Shown here: positions 10,686 through 21,772 of the stretch, one piece after another | Layout of the letters: each line of letters begins with the position of its first letter | How positions within the stretch are numbered: position 1 is the stretch's first letter | Assembly: GCA_043228905.1 (NCBI GenBank) | Contig: JBHGNT010000007.1 | Coordinates: 6,510,001 to 6,574,000, forward strand | From: Azolla caroliniana | Taxonomy: Eukaryota > Plantae > Polypodiophyta | Direction: 5' to 3' | DNA length: 64,000 nucleotides | The notes under the pieces: model-generated | What the model saw: the letters and a program-made list of their open reading frames with translations, nothing else | What the model was told of the DNA's origin: nothing | Databases searched by the model: none | Position numbers and translations under genes: made by a program

Positions 10686-13600
10686 TTGTTCTCCGACAGC
10701 GGAGCGTGTACGATAGTCGGCATCGGCGGCCGAGAGAAGACAAAGGCGGAGGGGAGACTTCGAGCGTGCGGAGTTCTCGGCCCTGACGAGGAAATCAACG
10801 GAGCCGTGGAGGCGGTCTCATTCGACGACACCTTGGGAATGCTGGGAAAGGTAGTCGAAGAAGGCCTTAACGAAGACCGGACGATACCGGTGTGTTCCGA
10901 GGAGATGTACGGAGTCATCGCGGACTTCGGTCGAGGGCTCGAGTCAGTTCGGACGGCCCACGTAAGCACCAAGTACAAGACTGTGGACCGGAAGGTAAGG
11001 CCAGTCGCGGCACCCTTACCGGAGGACAGCGCGTCGAGAATCAAAGGGGTTGCATCGGACCCTAGTCTACGAGATCCGGCCTGCATAGGACACACCTTCA
11101 CCGACGAGACGCTCCGAGAGCTCAAAATCGGTGGGGGCGGGTTCCTACTGCCGGCGGAGGAAGACCGGTTTCGGAGAATGCTCGGAAGGCACGGGAAAGC
11201 CTTCGCATTCTCGCCGGAGGAAATCGGGTGCGTTGACCCGACGATCGTGGAGCCGATGGTGATATTCACGGTACCGCATGTACCATGGAATCTCAAGCCA
11301 ATCCCGGTTCCGAGAGCTCACATCCCGAAGTTGATGGAGCTGCTGAGGCAGAAAGTTGATATGGGAATTCTCGAGCCGTCGAGTGCCCCATATTCGAATC
11401 GATGGTTTACCGTACCGAAGAAAAACGGTTCGTTGCGCTTCATCCAGGACCTGCAGCCGGTCAATCGAGTGACCATTCGGAACGCAGGGATCGGACCGAC
11501 CATAGACGAGTTCGCGGAGGCCTTCGCCGGAAGGTCAATTTACTCGGTCGGGGATCTATACTCAGGGTACGACCAGTTCCAGCTAGCCGTGGAGAGCAGA
11601 GACATTACGACGATGCGAACTCCCCTCGGCCTAGTTCGGATGTGTACACTGCCGCAAGGAGGGACCAACTCGGTGGCCCACATGGTGAATGCGATGAACA
11701 AGGTTCTGAGGGACTGTATCCCGGACATCACCATGCCGTTTCTGGACGACATCCCGATCAAGGGATGCCCGGTGGAAGAAAAGGACGAGACGATCGGGCC
11801 GGGCGGATGTCGGCGATTCGTGGCGACGCACATCGACGACTGCGAGAAGGTGCTGCAAAGGCTAGAGGATGCGAGACTCACCTTCTCCGGGGAGAAGTCG
11901 GCCTTCGGGCAGTCAGAAATCATGGTGGTCGGACACCTGTGCGGACCATATGGCCGGAAACCGTCTCCGGCAAAGGTAGAAGCCATCTCCGCGATGAAGC
12001 CCGACTGCAGCTCGGTCACGGAAGTACGGAGATTCCTGGGGGCATGCGCGTTCTACCACATATGGATCCCGCATTACGCACACGTCGCGGAGCCACTGTA
12101 CGGGTTGCTGAAAAAGGGGCGAAGGTTCGAATGGCTAGACGAGCACGCGGAATCGGTCCGGAAGCTGAAAGAGGCCCTTACAGCGGCACCGGCACTCCGG
12201 AAGGCGGTATACGGGAAGGGTACCCCGGTATTCATAACGGTGGATACCAGTCCGACCGGGATCGGATGGGTCGTGAACCAGGAAGACGAGGACGGCGATC
12301 GGTTTCCGATCCGATTCGGCGCGAAAGTCCTCAGTGAACGGCAGCGAGGATACGCCCAGGTTAAGCGCGAACTCTGGGGTATTGTTTCGGCGGTTAAGGC
12401 CGACAAAGACTACCTGATAGGGACAGAAGTGATCATCGAGACGGATTGCCTGCCGATTCTCGGTATGGTTTCCGGATGCGCGACTCCGGACCTGGCGATG
12501 CTCAGGTGGATAGCGTACATCAAGTCCCTGGACCCGGAAATACGACACATTTCCGGGAAAGACAACGCCATGGCCGACATGCTTTCGAGGGCGAGGTTCG
12601 ACGACGAGGGCGGCATGGTTTCGGAAGACGAAGAAGTCGGCGTGGATTTCTTCGAGGCGGCATACGTAACGACCGACGGGATGAGCACTCCGGCGCTTAA
12701 CGAGTTCGACGCGAGCAAGTACGACGGGGAGTGGTTGCAGATCGGCGGGTTTTTGAAGACAATGACGCCCGATGCGTCATGGACGAAGGACGAGGCCAAC
12801 CGGATCCGGAAGAAAGCATATCGATTCTTTCTCCGAGATGGGCATTTGTGGAAGCACCCGAAGAAGAGGAACGGCGTCCCGCTCCGGGTGGTGGCGATGA
12901 AGGGAGAACAGGAGGAGCTACTGGCGGCCTACCACGACAGCCCTTGGGCTGGACACCGTGGAACGTGGGCGACATTTGAGAAGCTGAAGGGGAAGTACTG
13001 GTGGCCGGGATTGTACCGGGACGTGCATCGGTTCGTGTCAACTTGCGAGAGTTGTCAGATGCACTCGATAGTCCGACACCGGGACGGGCTTCGCCCTACG
13101 TACCCTCCGACTATCCACTTCAAATGGATGGTAGATCTGGTGACGATGCCGATGGGGGTAGGACAGATGCGGTATCTGGTCCTAGCGCGGGAAGACCTGA
13201 CGAACCAGGTGGAAGGCCGAGCCCTTCAGAACAAGACGACCGCGGCCGTGTGTCGGTTCCTGATCGAGGACGTGATATGCCGGTACGGGTGCGTCGGGAA
13301 GATCGTGGCTGACCGAGGGGAGTTGGACGCCGAGGAAGCCGCGGAGCTGTTCGATCGGCTGGGAGTCAAACTCTCGCTCACCACTGCGTACAACCCGGAG
13401 GCGAATGGAAAGGTGGAGCGCGGACACGGGCCGATCGTTAAAGCGCTGGTTCGGGCATGCGGAGGCCAAGTCGGTAACTGGCCGCGACTTCTACCTTATG
13501 CTTTGTGGGCCGATCGGACTACGCACAGTTCGGTAACCGGGTACATGCCGACAGAGCTCATGTTCGGCCAGAAGCCGATCATGCCGATGGAACGAACAAT

Positions 13601-14069
13601 CTCCTCATGGGCAACGGTCGACTGGAGGGACGAGATGAGCCGGGAGGAGTTGTTGGCAGCGCGTATACGACAACTCGAACGGAGACCGGAGGACGTGGAG
13701 ACGGCTGCAGAAAGGATCCGAGTGGCGAGGATAAAAAACAAAGCCAGGTTCGACCGAACGCACCGACTCCGACCGAAGAAGATCGAACAAGGTGACTGGG
13801 TGCTCGTCTACGACAGCAGCCTCGACAACCAGCACCGAGCAACGCGGAAGTTCGCACGGAGATGGTTCGGGCCGTACACGGTACAGAGCGCCAACGACAA
13901 CGGGACGTATCGTCTGGCGGAACTCGACGGTACGAGAATAGCGATACCCGTGGCCGGGAAGAGGATCAAAGCTTTCAAGAAGCGGCACGACGACGAACCC
14001 GACCCGATTCTCATGGACAGCAGCGACGACCGATCCGAGGCCGAGGAAGGGCCGGCAGGCGAAGAGTAA
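10686..14069 (+). CDS. pol: Pol (RT-RNaseH-integrase); frame is open from the slippery site at 10572; no chromodomain
   Basis: LPQG...PFLDD, VDTSPTGIG, ETDC, H-H-C-C zinc finger, WMVD/ADRGE/GKVER DDE triad, FGPY motif. Confidence 0.95.
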   Translation: MFSDSGACTIVGIGGREKTKAEGRLRACGVLGPDEEINGAVEAVSFDDTLGMLGKVVEEGLNEDRTIPVCSEEMYGVIADFGRGLESVRTAHVSTKYKTVDRKVRPVAAPLPEDSASRIKGVASDPSLRDPACIGHTFTDETLRELKIGGGGFLLPAEEDRFRRMLGRHGKAFAFSPEEIGCVDPTIVEPMVIFTVPHVPWNLKPIPVPRAHIPKLMELLRQKVDMGILEPSSAPYSNRWFTVPKKNGSLRFIQDLQPVNRVTIRNAGIGPTIDEFAEAFAGRSIYSVGDLYSGYDQFQLAVESRDITTMRTPLGLVRMCTLPQGGTNSVAHMVNAMNKVLRDCIPDITMPFLDDIPIKGCPVEEKDETIGPGGCRRFVATHIDDCEKVLQRLEDARLTFSGEKSAFGQSEIMVVGHLCGPYGRKPSPAKVEAISAMKPDCSSVTEVRRFLGACAFYHIWIPHYAHVAEPLYGLLKKGRRFEWLDEHAESVRKLKEALTAAPALRKAVYGKGTPVFITVDTSPTGIGWVVNQEDEDGDRFPIRFGAKVLSERQRGYAQVKRELWGIVSAVKADKDYLIGTEVIIETDCLPILGMVSGCATPDLAMLRWIAYIKSLDPEIRHISGKDNAMADMLSRARFDDEGGMVSEDEEVGVDFFEAAYVTTDGMSTPALNEFDASKYDGEWLQIGGFLKTMTPDASWTKDEANRIRKKAYRFFLRDGHLWKHPKKRNGVPLRVVAMKGEQEELLAAYHDSPWAGHRGTWATFEKLKGKYWWPGLYRDVHRFVSTCESCQMHSIVRHRDGLRPTYPPTIHFKWMVDLVTMPMGVGQMRYLVLAREDLTNQVEGRALQNKTTAAVCRFLIEDVICRYGCVGKIVADRGELDAEEAAELFDRLGVKLSLTTAYNPEANGKVERGHGPIVKALVRACGGQVGNWPRLLPYALWADRTTHSSVTGYMPTELMFGQKPIMPMERTISSWATVDWRDEMSREELLAARIRQLERRPEDVETAAERIRVARIKNKARFDRTHRLRPKKIEQGDWVLVYDSSLDNQHRATRKFARRWFGPYTVQSANDNGTYRLAELDGTRIAIPVAGKRIKAFKKRHDDEPDPILMDSSDDRSEAEEGPAGEE

Positions 14070-14141
14070 AGGCGGGCCGGTTTTCTCCGTGCCAACTTAA
14101 TTTGGCGCATGCCGGTGGATGCGCGGTTAGGTGGGGGCGGA

Positions 14142-14835
14142 TGTCGTGAAGAAAACCGCCCACAAGGGGAATCGGAGGAACAAGGCGTGGTAAACGGCTC
14201 TACACACACACGAGCGCCAAGAAGTACCTAAGGACGAAGTAGGTACATACGAGGATCCTAGGTGGGTAGATTCGGTTGGTATGCAGTTAATGCCAAACGG
14301 CCTCTTGACGGGCTATAAAAGGAAGAGGGAGAATAGAAGTGGGGTATCTCGCACGGAGAGGACGAAGTGCTGCCGAACCGATTTCGGGGCCTCTCTCTCA
14401 CTCCCGCTTTCTCTGTCTTCTGCTCCATCGCGTACCTGTGCAGGTTTGGAGGAGGCTTGCGCTGTTCCGTGGAACGCCCCGAGTGCGTCCTGCAGCTCCT
14501 CCGACCTGTTTTCCCTTTCTGTGCGTCGCGACATACAGGGGTCGGCATCTGTTCGCCGCCCTGTTCGTTTCGCTAGTATCTATTTCGTGCCCCACCGTGG
14601 GTTGTAATACTTTAGTCTGTTATTTTCTTGCATTCATAAGTACATATCTTTCGTTGTTGCGTCCATTTGCGTCGGCGTTTATTTGTGATCTCTGTTTGTT
14701 GGGTCGTGTCCCTGTGCAATCTTCGGTTCTGTGTAATCGGGTCTCTCTCTCTTACTCCTCTCTCTCTTGCTCTTCGGTCCGAGACCCCCGTGGTCCCTCC
14801 TCCTTTCTGCACGCAAGGGCGTAGCAACCCCGACA
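14142..14835 (+). repeat. 3' LTR
   Basis: Copy of 7718-8411. Confidence 0.97.
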
Positions 14836-15386
14836 CCGGAAGTTGCACTAAGGATTCCTCCTTAATATTGCTGGAAGGATGTACTGATATGGCAAATAGG
14901 AACGTTGCCTCCTTGTGTCCTTCTTCGCGTAGTTGACGTAATGAAATGGTCGAAACTCGATGAGTAGATTCTTGGGGTTGTCGATACCGGACTTCTCTTG
15001 TTCTCCAATCTATGTCTGGATTGTGTAGTTCAAACCAAGGTAATCCCAGGACAATGGGATGCTTTGGACTACTAATAATATTAAATGATACTACACACAC
15101 AAAACTACCTAGGACAACCTGAATGGGTTCTGACTCCTCTACAATTTTCCCGGAACCAATGGGACGACCATCAATGACTACTACAAATGCGGGGCAAGGA
15201 AGTTTTCTTAAGGATATTTGAGAAGCTTGGGCAAAATTTCGATCCATGAAACAGGAATTGGCTCTGGAATCTAAAAGTGCTAGGACTTGTACTGGGGGAG
15301 TACTTTTAGTACTAACCATGACTTGGGCTAGGAACACATTGCTAACTTGCTTGGAGGGAATGGAACCACTAATGGGTTGTACAGAT

Positions 15387-15439
15387 CTAGGGTTGTCCAA
15401 CCAAACGACTCCTATTTTGGTTGGACTCAATCGTTTAAC
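15387..15439 (-). promoter_or_regulatory. Putative -1 ribosomal frameshift signal (G_UUA_AAC plus stem-loop/pseudoknot) between gag and pol
   Basis: gag is open from the zinc knuckle to GAG TTA AAC GAT TGA; pol (ORF ending 15430) is in the -1 frame; a perfect 11-bp stem lies 6 nt downstream. Confidence 0.75.
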
Positions 15440-16641
15440 TCTTCATCTAATTGACTAAGGATTTCAAATTTGTTTGAGATACTTGGGCTATTAGTACTAT
15501 TAATACTATCATACACTATATTAGTACTATTAATACTATTAGACACTCCTAAGGGAAAAATTGACTCCGGTTTAGTACAGGCTACGATTTGATTTACCTG
15601 TCTTCTTGACCTATGGGGACAATTGATTGCGATATGCCCTGGTCCTCCGCAATACAGACATAATTGATTTGCACGGCGTCGTTGCTTTTCTTCTTCCGAT
15701 AACGGGCCACGTCAACGCATGGTGTCAATCTCCATCAGTGTCAGAGTATTTGCTTGGGGTACGTCGCGTGCGAACGCTTTAGTCGCGACTGAGGCATATG
15801 TGGGCTCCGGCCTAGAGCATGGTATTTGTAATTGATGTTTGGAACGTCGTTTGAAAAGGCGGTTGTCACATCGGACCGCTCGACTAATTGCCTCGGTAAG
15901 AGATTTTGGTTCTTCAAGGAAGGTTTAAAGTAAATCTTTTACATTGTTTCGCAGGCCGTAACAAAACTGCTCCATTAGTGCCTGATCATCCCAGGGAATA
16001 TCGGAGGTGAGTAGACGGAAATCTATCGCATAGGCAAAGGCTCGACGATCGCCTTGACGCAATCGTCGGATCTTGTTGATCGTCGTCCTAATGTTGTCGA
16101 TGTCTCCAAAGTAGACTTTAAACTCACTAATAAAATCTTGAAAGTTATTAAGCAAGGGCGATTGTTTTTCTAGAAGCGGAGCGAACCATGCTAAGGCTGA
16201 GCCACTAAGCAACGTGCCTATTAGGCCGACTCGGGATGCATCACTGGGGTATCGGGAAGGATGCATTTGGATAACAAATCGTACCTGATTAGGGAATCCA
16301 CTGAATTGCGATCGCGTTCCATCAAATTTCACAGGAAGTCCAATCTTCGACTCTTTATGAAATCCTTGGGGACTTGATCCTTGTTGTTGCAATGCTGCTT
16401 CGAGTTGTTGTACACCCGTAACGCTAACTCCCCATGTTGTTGCTGCATTTGTTGTTTTTCTAGAGCAATTTGTTGGAGATCCCCTATCAGCCGTTGGTTT
16501 TCTTGTTCCAAGGCAACAATTTTTTCTTTTAGGCACTGTATCTCAGAGAAAACGGATTGATATTCTTGGGCGCTAACCGTAGCCATAATATAGGGAAAAG
16601 CGTAGGAGGATGAGGGAGAACGACAAGTAGGCTGGAGGAAG

Positions 16642-16655
16642 AAATTGGTTCAAAC
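16642..16655 (-). promoter_or_regulatory. Putative self-priming PBS (not tRNA-complementary)
   Basis: Minus-strand GTTTGAACCAATTT directly after the LTR is complementary to AAATTGGTTCAA, ~33 nt downstream of the LTR TATA box. Confidence 0.7.
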
Positions 16656-16745
16656 TGTCAGGAATAGTACTAAAGCAAAGAGGGAATTAGTACTAAAGAA
16701 GAGAAGTATTGTTAGTACTAAGAGGACGGGAATGTGTAAGATTCC

Positions 16746-16793
<48 letters not shown>

Positions 16794-17124
16794 AGAAGAG
16801 AGATAGCGAGGAAGAGAGAGATAGAGATGATGATAACAGCTAATATATTATGTGAAGGGATAAGTACAAAATGGCTAAGAGGCTTAAGACTGACGTTGAA
16901 CCAATTTGGTTCAACATAATGCCTAGTGCCTTCTTTTATAGTGTTCTCAGGAGTAATCCTGAAGCTTCTAGAATGTTCAAGAGAAATCTAGAATATACAT
17001 TAATTTCCTATAATAAAACTTAAATGAAAATAATATCCTACGTATTACAATAGATGGTATAATGGTCAAGAGCTCAACCCATATAACATAAGGTCATGGG
17101 TTTGAGTCTTGCCATATCATGACA
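16656..17124 (-). repeat. 5' LTR of the Tcn1-like element
   Basis: Pairs with 4632-5132; minus-strand TATAAAA at 16934-16940. Confidence 0.9.
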
Positions 17125-17872
17125 AGTACACAATAAAATAGAGTAGAACAAGACAACTCGGATATTGTTGGAGCGGAAACAATCGAGAGGGAATGTTTAT
17201 TTACACATTGAATAAAATGAGTACAATCATTCAGTACAAAAGTTATTGAATGATGAACCCAATCAATAGATAAAGAAGAGTTTTTATTATAGAACCAAGG
17301 ATAACCCAATATTACATCAGTGGTACAAAGATTCATTACATGGAAGTCTACATCCTCTATATAAGTATCAATAGAAATTCCTAATGAATGAATTGCCCCG
17401 TTGATGTATTGTACTCTTCCATCAGCCAAGTGCACCGTATAGGTGTGATCACTTACGGTGGGTTGGATTCCCCATATCTGAACCAAACGATCATTCACAA
17501 AGTTGTGTGAGCTTCCCGAATCAAACAAAAATTGTACGGGAGATCCATTGATATACCCGTTTGCACGTAGTAAATCATTGGGACCCAATACATAGTGAGG
17601 GAAAGAACATTGACAATTACTTAAATGATGTGTATAGACCAGGAATTTGACCTTTATGGTATGCAGCTTTAGCTTTGCTGTCGTGCTCTTTCCGTTGGAG
17701 CTTTCGACATTGTTCTTTTGTATGACCCTTCTTTTTGCAAAATACGCAAAAGTATGTTGTCGCTTACAATCGCGATCCATGAATTCGTTGGGTGTCTTGC
17801 ATTTCCCAACAAATTGTGACTGCTTAGTCCCAGGCGCTTCGTTGGGTTTGTTGTGGTCCTTCTTCGAAGTGC

Positions 17873-17884
17873 GTTGTGATACCA
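17873..17884 (-). promoter_or_regulatory. PBS, tRNA-iMet-like (degenerate)
   Basis: Minus-strand TGGTATCACAAC versus the canonical TGGTATCAGAGC, 2 nt from the inferred LTR end. Confidence 0.65.
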
Positions 17885-18905
17885 ACTATTAGAGATATGA
17901 ACTAATGTAAGCATAAAATAAGGATAAAAGATAGATCTAGATAGAAAGGAGAGAGAGAAAGAAGGGTGTCGATCCACCCGACCACCCCCGAGCGAAGGGA
18001 TCGAGATGGACTTGAGCCTCGATCGGCATCCCATACCACCGTCATGGCGTCGAGTCATACCTGGTGTTGGCGCGCTCGCTACAAGAGTTGACCCACCACA
18101 AGAACAGAGTCTCGACATAGTCAAAAGAGGATGAAATGAGGGTAGTTAGGCCTCTTATTCATAGCGATACCCAAGGCCCCCACGCAAGTTCACACTTGGC
18201 CTAATGGGTTGTCTTAATCCCGAGGATTAAAAGTAATTCTCCCCTTCTTTACACTCTCGTTTAACCCTCACACTTATCCACGTGGCTAGAATACTACGGT
18301 AAATTCTCACCACAGGATATTATATGGTCATGCCCGTAATAGGCCGACTCTATCAAATGAACAATGAAGAGTCTGATTTTGATAGAGCAAACCCCATCTT
18401 ACGAAACCTCTGCATGATCTTGGCATTCAAGGCACACGGGGCTTGCTTAAGTCCATATAGTGACTTCTTTAGTCGGCAAACTACCGATGTGTTCCGTTCG
18501 GATAGAAATCCGAGGGGTTGTACCATGTACACCTATTCTTGAAGCTCGCATTACATGAACACATTCTTTACATTCATTTGATGTAAGTGCCACCCCTTTG
18601 CAGTGCTTACCGCAAGCAAGACACGGACAATCGTCATCTTCACGACCGGTGCAAACATCTCATCGTAATCGATGTCGTGCTTTTGCGCATAACCCTTTGC
18701 CACCAATCAGGCCTTGAATCGGTTGACAGAGCCGTCGACATTTTACTTGACCTTGTACACCCACTTGCACCCGATCGGCTTCATCCCCTTGGGGGCGTCA
18801 ACCAGGTCCCATGTCTCATTCTCCGTTAATGTGTGCACCTCTTCATCCATAGCGGCACGCCAGTTCCCGTCCCTCACTGCTTTTGTGTAGCTCTCCGGGT
18901 CATGT

Positions 18906-19826
18906 TGTCGTGAAGGATTCCAGCCATAGAGAGAAACGGAGCTGGATGTGCGTGAATGGGTGTGTGCACGAATGCACACAGAATTAAAGTCTTTATGTAC
19001 AAACATATGTAAATAGCATAGGACTAGTAGGTGCTAGGGATTAGGATTTAATGGGGCCCTAAAGACCCGCACGGATAGAGAGGATACGGGGATTTGATGT
19101 GAAGAAATCGGGGGGAATCTCTTACACTGATCATGATGTAATGGTCTCCCCTTTGTGCTCTAAAAGGGGAAGGTTTGAGACTATTTAAGGATCCACGTTC
19201 TGGGATGACAAAGTTCTGCCGGACCGAGCTCTATAGGCTTCTTCTCTATTCCCCGTTTTTCGTTTTTCCCTGTCCTCGTACTGCGAGACTTCCCCTTCGT
19301 GTTGGTAGCATGTGTGCTCCCGATTAGAGGCTCGCTAGTGTGTGAGTATTTATAGTGAGCTCGAAGCTCTTTTGCCGATCGTGGCCGGTTGTAATTTTTC
19401 CTGTTTCCTCTAATTTATTTTATTTTATTTTCCAAAACAATATTCTTCATTAGTATAAATTCTTCATAAATGAGAAAATGATTAGTCTGACAACATCGTA
19501 AAAGTTGTTTCCTCTAATTAATTGTTAGTTAGCTGAGTCTCCTCGTGTGTTTCGGATTTCCCGTGTTCTTGTTTTTGTTCTATTCTTATTGTGTTATGAG
19601 TCTAATTGAGTGGCGCCAAGAGCTCTTCGCTGCCAACCAGCATCCAGTCCGGAACAATATGTGTTCCCGAATGTGTGTGCTCACCGTCCAGCATGCGGGA
19701 ACCAGTCCGGTCCAGACTCGTGATCGCTAACCGATACGGACAACCTTCTTGCTCTCACCGGCTCCTTGGTCCGAGACCCCCATGGTCCCGCCCCGTTTCA
19801 ACACATCCTCACGGATTTCTATGACA
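18906..19826 (+). mobile_element. Solo LTR (921 bp)
   Basis: TGTCGTG...ATGACA ends; TSD ATGT/ATGC; removing it restores the copia frame (AKVH|DPESY). Orientation is inferred from the termini. Confidence 0.8.
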
Positions 19827-20047
19827 ATGCACTTTCGCCAGCTTCGCCATGTACGCATAGTGATGCACCATATAGTCATTGTATCCATAACGAAGGACTT
19901 GGTTCTTCTAACAGGTGGATCGACGCAACTGCTGGTCCACTGATTTCAAGGCCCTCTTGGCCAACTCCGACCTCACTTTCGAATGTCCATCTTCACTCCT
20001 AGCCTATTCAAATTCACTCTGATCCGATGCACCAGCCACCATGTCGT

Positions 20048-20681
20048 TGTCGAGGAGAAAACTGCCCCTAGGAAGAATCAAAGGGGAAGAAGCGTGACCC
20101 AATCCTTTTCACGTGTGTGTGTGTTTATGAATTGTATATAGCTAGGAATAGATCGGCTGATGTACATATGTACTAGGAAGGGTATTAATTGTCTAGGGAA
20201 TCGATGCGTATCTCTGTCCGAAAGGACAGAGAATAAAGTTGATATATTTTGATGTAACGGCCTCCTCGGCGACCTATAAAAGGGAGGGGAGAAGAAGGAG
20301 ATAGGTATCGCATTTTGGCAAGGATGAAGTGTTATCGGACTAGGAACCGAGCTCTCTCCTCCTCAACCATTGCTCTCCACTACGTTTCAGTGTCGGTTGC
20401 CTCTGTTGCGTGTATGCCCGCGTGCTTCCAGGGGAGGCTCCATTGTGCGTTCTCTGTGTCGTCTGTGTGTGTGCGTGGGACCTCCGTTTTGGGTCTGTTG
20501 CCGGTTTTCCGGTTGTAATCGTTGTTGACATCGTAATTGAATCTTCCGTTCCCGTTTCTCTCTCTCTCTCTCTCTCTGTGAGTTTCTCTGAATCGCTCTC
20601 CCTCTTCTTTCTCACACTCCTTGGTTCAGGGCCCCCACGGTCCCCCCTCATATACACACGCGAGAGCGTAACAACATGACA
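20048..20681 (+). repeat. 5' LTR of the inverted element
   Basis: Similar to 33568-34203; followed by the PBS. Confidence 0.9.
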
Positions 20682-20722
20682 TAATTTGGTGAACCTGACA
20701 TGAAAGAAGGCGGCAAAAGGAG

Positions 20723-21772
20723 TTGAAGATGAGGGGATCCGAGCTTGCTGAAGCTATGGCAGTACCCATCGAGCGGCTAGTGAGTGCTTGTGGAGGAACG
20801 AGTGCCCTTGATACGGCCATAGAATCGATTGTCGGCACCATAGGCCAATTCGGTGGAAAGAAAGCCATGAGCTATTTGGAGGCCTATCAGGCTGAAATGA
20901 TCATGAGGGACATCCCGGAGGAAAGACGGTTGTCCGGATTCCCGCGAGTGGTGACGCCGAGCATCCACGCAGAGGTGCTCGAGGTGCTGGCCGGATGTCA
21001 GGCTTGGGTGGAGCTCGAAGTGCGGCTCCTCGAGAAGTACGGGTACGACGATTCGCTTCGCTTGTCGAAGTGGGACTTCATGGCTTGGGTTGAGAGCCCT
21101 GGAAAGGGGAGGAATGCGTCGGTGCTCCTCCAGGAATTCGAACAACAATTCGCTAGGCTGTCAGCGCTGGATCAGACCGTGCTTGACACGAGCAGGGTCT
21201 TGTTGTTTGCCAAGTCGGTGCACAAGCTAGATCGAGAGAAGGTGGCTCTCCTATTCGAGACAGATGACGGCCTCATAGTCGACTGGGTCATGGTCAAAGG
21301 GGTTTGTGCCCGCTTTGACAAGCAACGCGAGTGGAGCGATGAGGCCTCGACGGTGTCGGGGCCAGTCCCAGCGAGAAAGCTCGAGGAGCCGGTATCGGTG
21401 CCGGCTGGGAAGGAAGAGACCTTGAATTGGCTCGAGACGGGCCCAGCCTCGAGTGGAGTGGTCCAAGGCTCTTCCGGAGGAGCAGCTCTGGAAGAGCTGA
21501 CGCGAATGGTGCGCGACCTCCAGATCGCACAAGCACGGAGCGACAACGGCGATCAACCTCGTGAACGGACGCCCCTGACGGGGCAGCGATGCATGTGGTG
21601 TGACACGGTCGGTCACATCCGGAAAGAATGTGTGGATTTCGCAGAGGCACTCCGGGCCAATGTGGTGTACCTCTGGAATGGGCGGGTGCATGCCGGCGAC
21701 ATGCAGAAAGCCCTAGAGTTGAACACCGGGCGCGGCGGGATGAAGTGCTTGATGGAAGAAGCCGCAACGTGA
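20723..21772 (+). pseudogene. gag: gag 5' part, ending in a premature stop
   Basis: Homologous to 8428-10581, including CMWCDTVGHIRKEC. Confidence 0.85.

Larger units (their letters stand above)
7718..14835 (+). mobile_element. Intact, very young Phygy-like (non-chromovirus) Ty3/gypsy LTR retrotransposon
   Basis: 694-bp LTRs differing at one position that I could find (8280 C vs 14704 T); TSD CCGG; tRNA-Trp PBS; PPT 14129-14141; two uninterrupted ORFs. Confidence 0.97.
4632..17124 (-). mobile_element. Tcn1-like chromovirus (Ty3/gypsy), degenerate, with two LTRs
   Basis: LTRs 16656-17124 and 4632-5132; 5-bp TSD AGTAT/AGTAC; PPT at 5133-5144; gag (15925-16586) with CLYCGGPGHIAINC; protease LLDSRANSCF; RT (7304-7537); RNaseH (6382-6819); integrase plus chromodomain YEVAAIL...YYLVDWLGYSPSERNWEP (5227-5778). 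Confidence 0.9.
2442..18314 (-). mobile_element. Old Ty3/gypsy (chromovirus-type pol) with a single remaining 5' LTR; host of the solo LTR at 2715 and the Tcn1-like element
   Basis: 5' LTR ~17887-18314, PBS tggtatcacaac, zinc knuckle CVFCKKKGHTKEQC, protease FDSGSSHNF (ORF 17094-17885), [16 protein letters not shown]...FFLDD (3721-4086), RNaseH KPFEVETDASNYA...EKELFAVIHALK (2442-2710). Confidence 0.8.

Noticed and set aside
8610-13988. Many long antisense and alternate-frame ORFs over gag/pol
   Set aside because: These are expected shadows of GC-rich coding sequence and have no recognisable domains.
14612-15430. 272-aa ORF as a novel fusion protein
   Set aside because: It is the host protease reading into the inserted element's LTR at the CCGG target site.
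18197-18210. A-box-like TGGCCTAATGG in the outer gypsy LTR
   Set aside because: There is no B box at a suitable distance.
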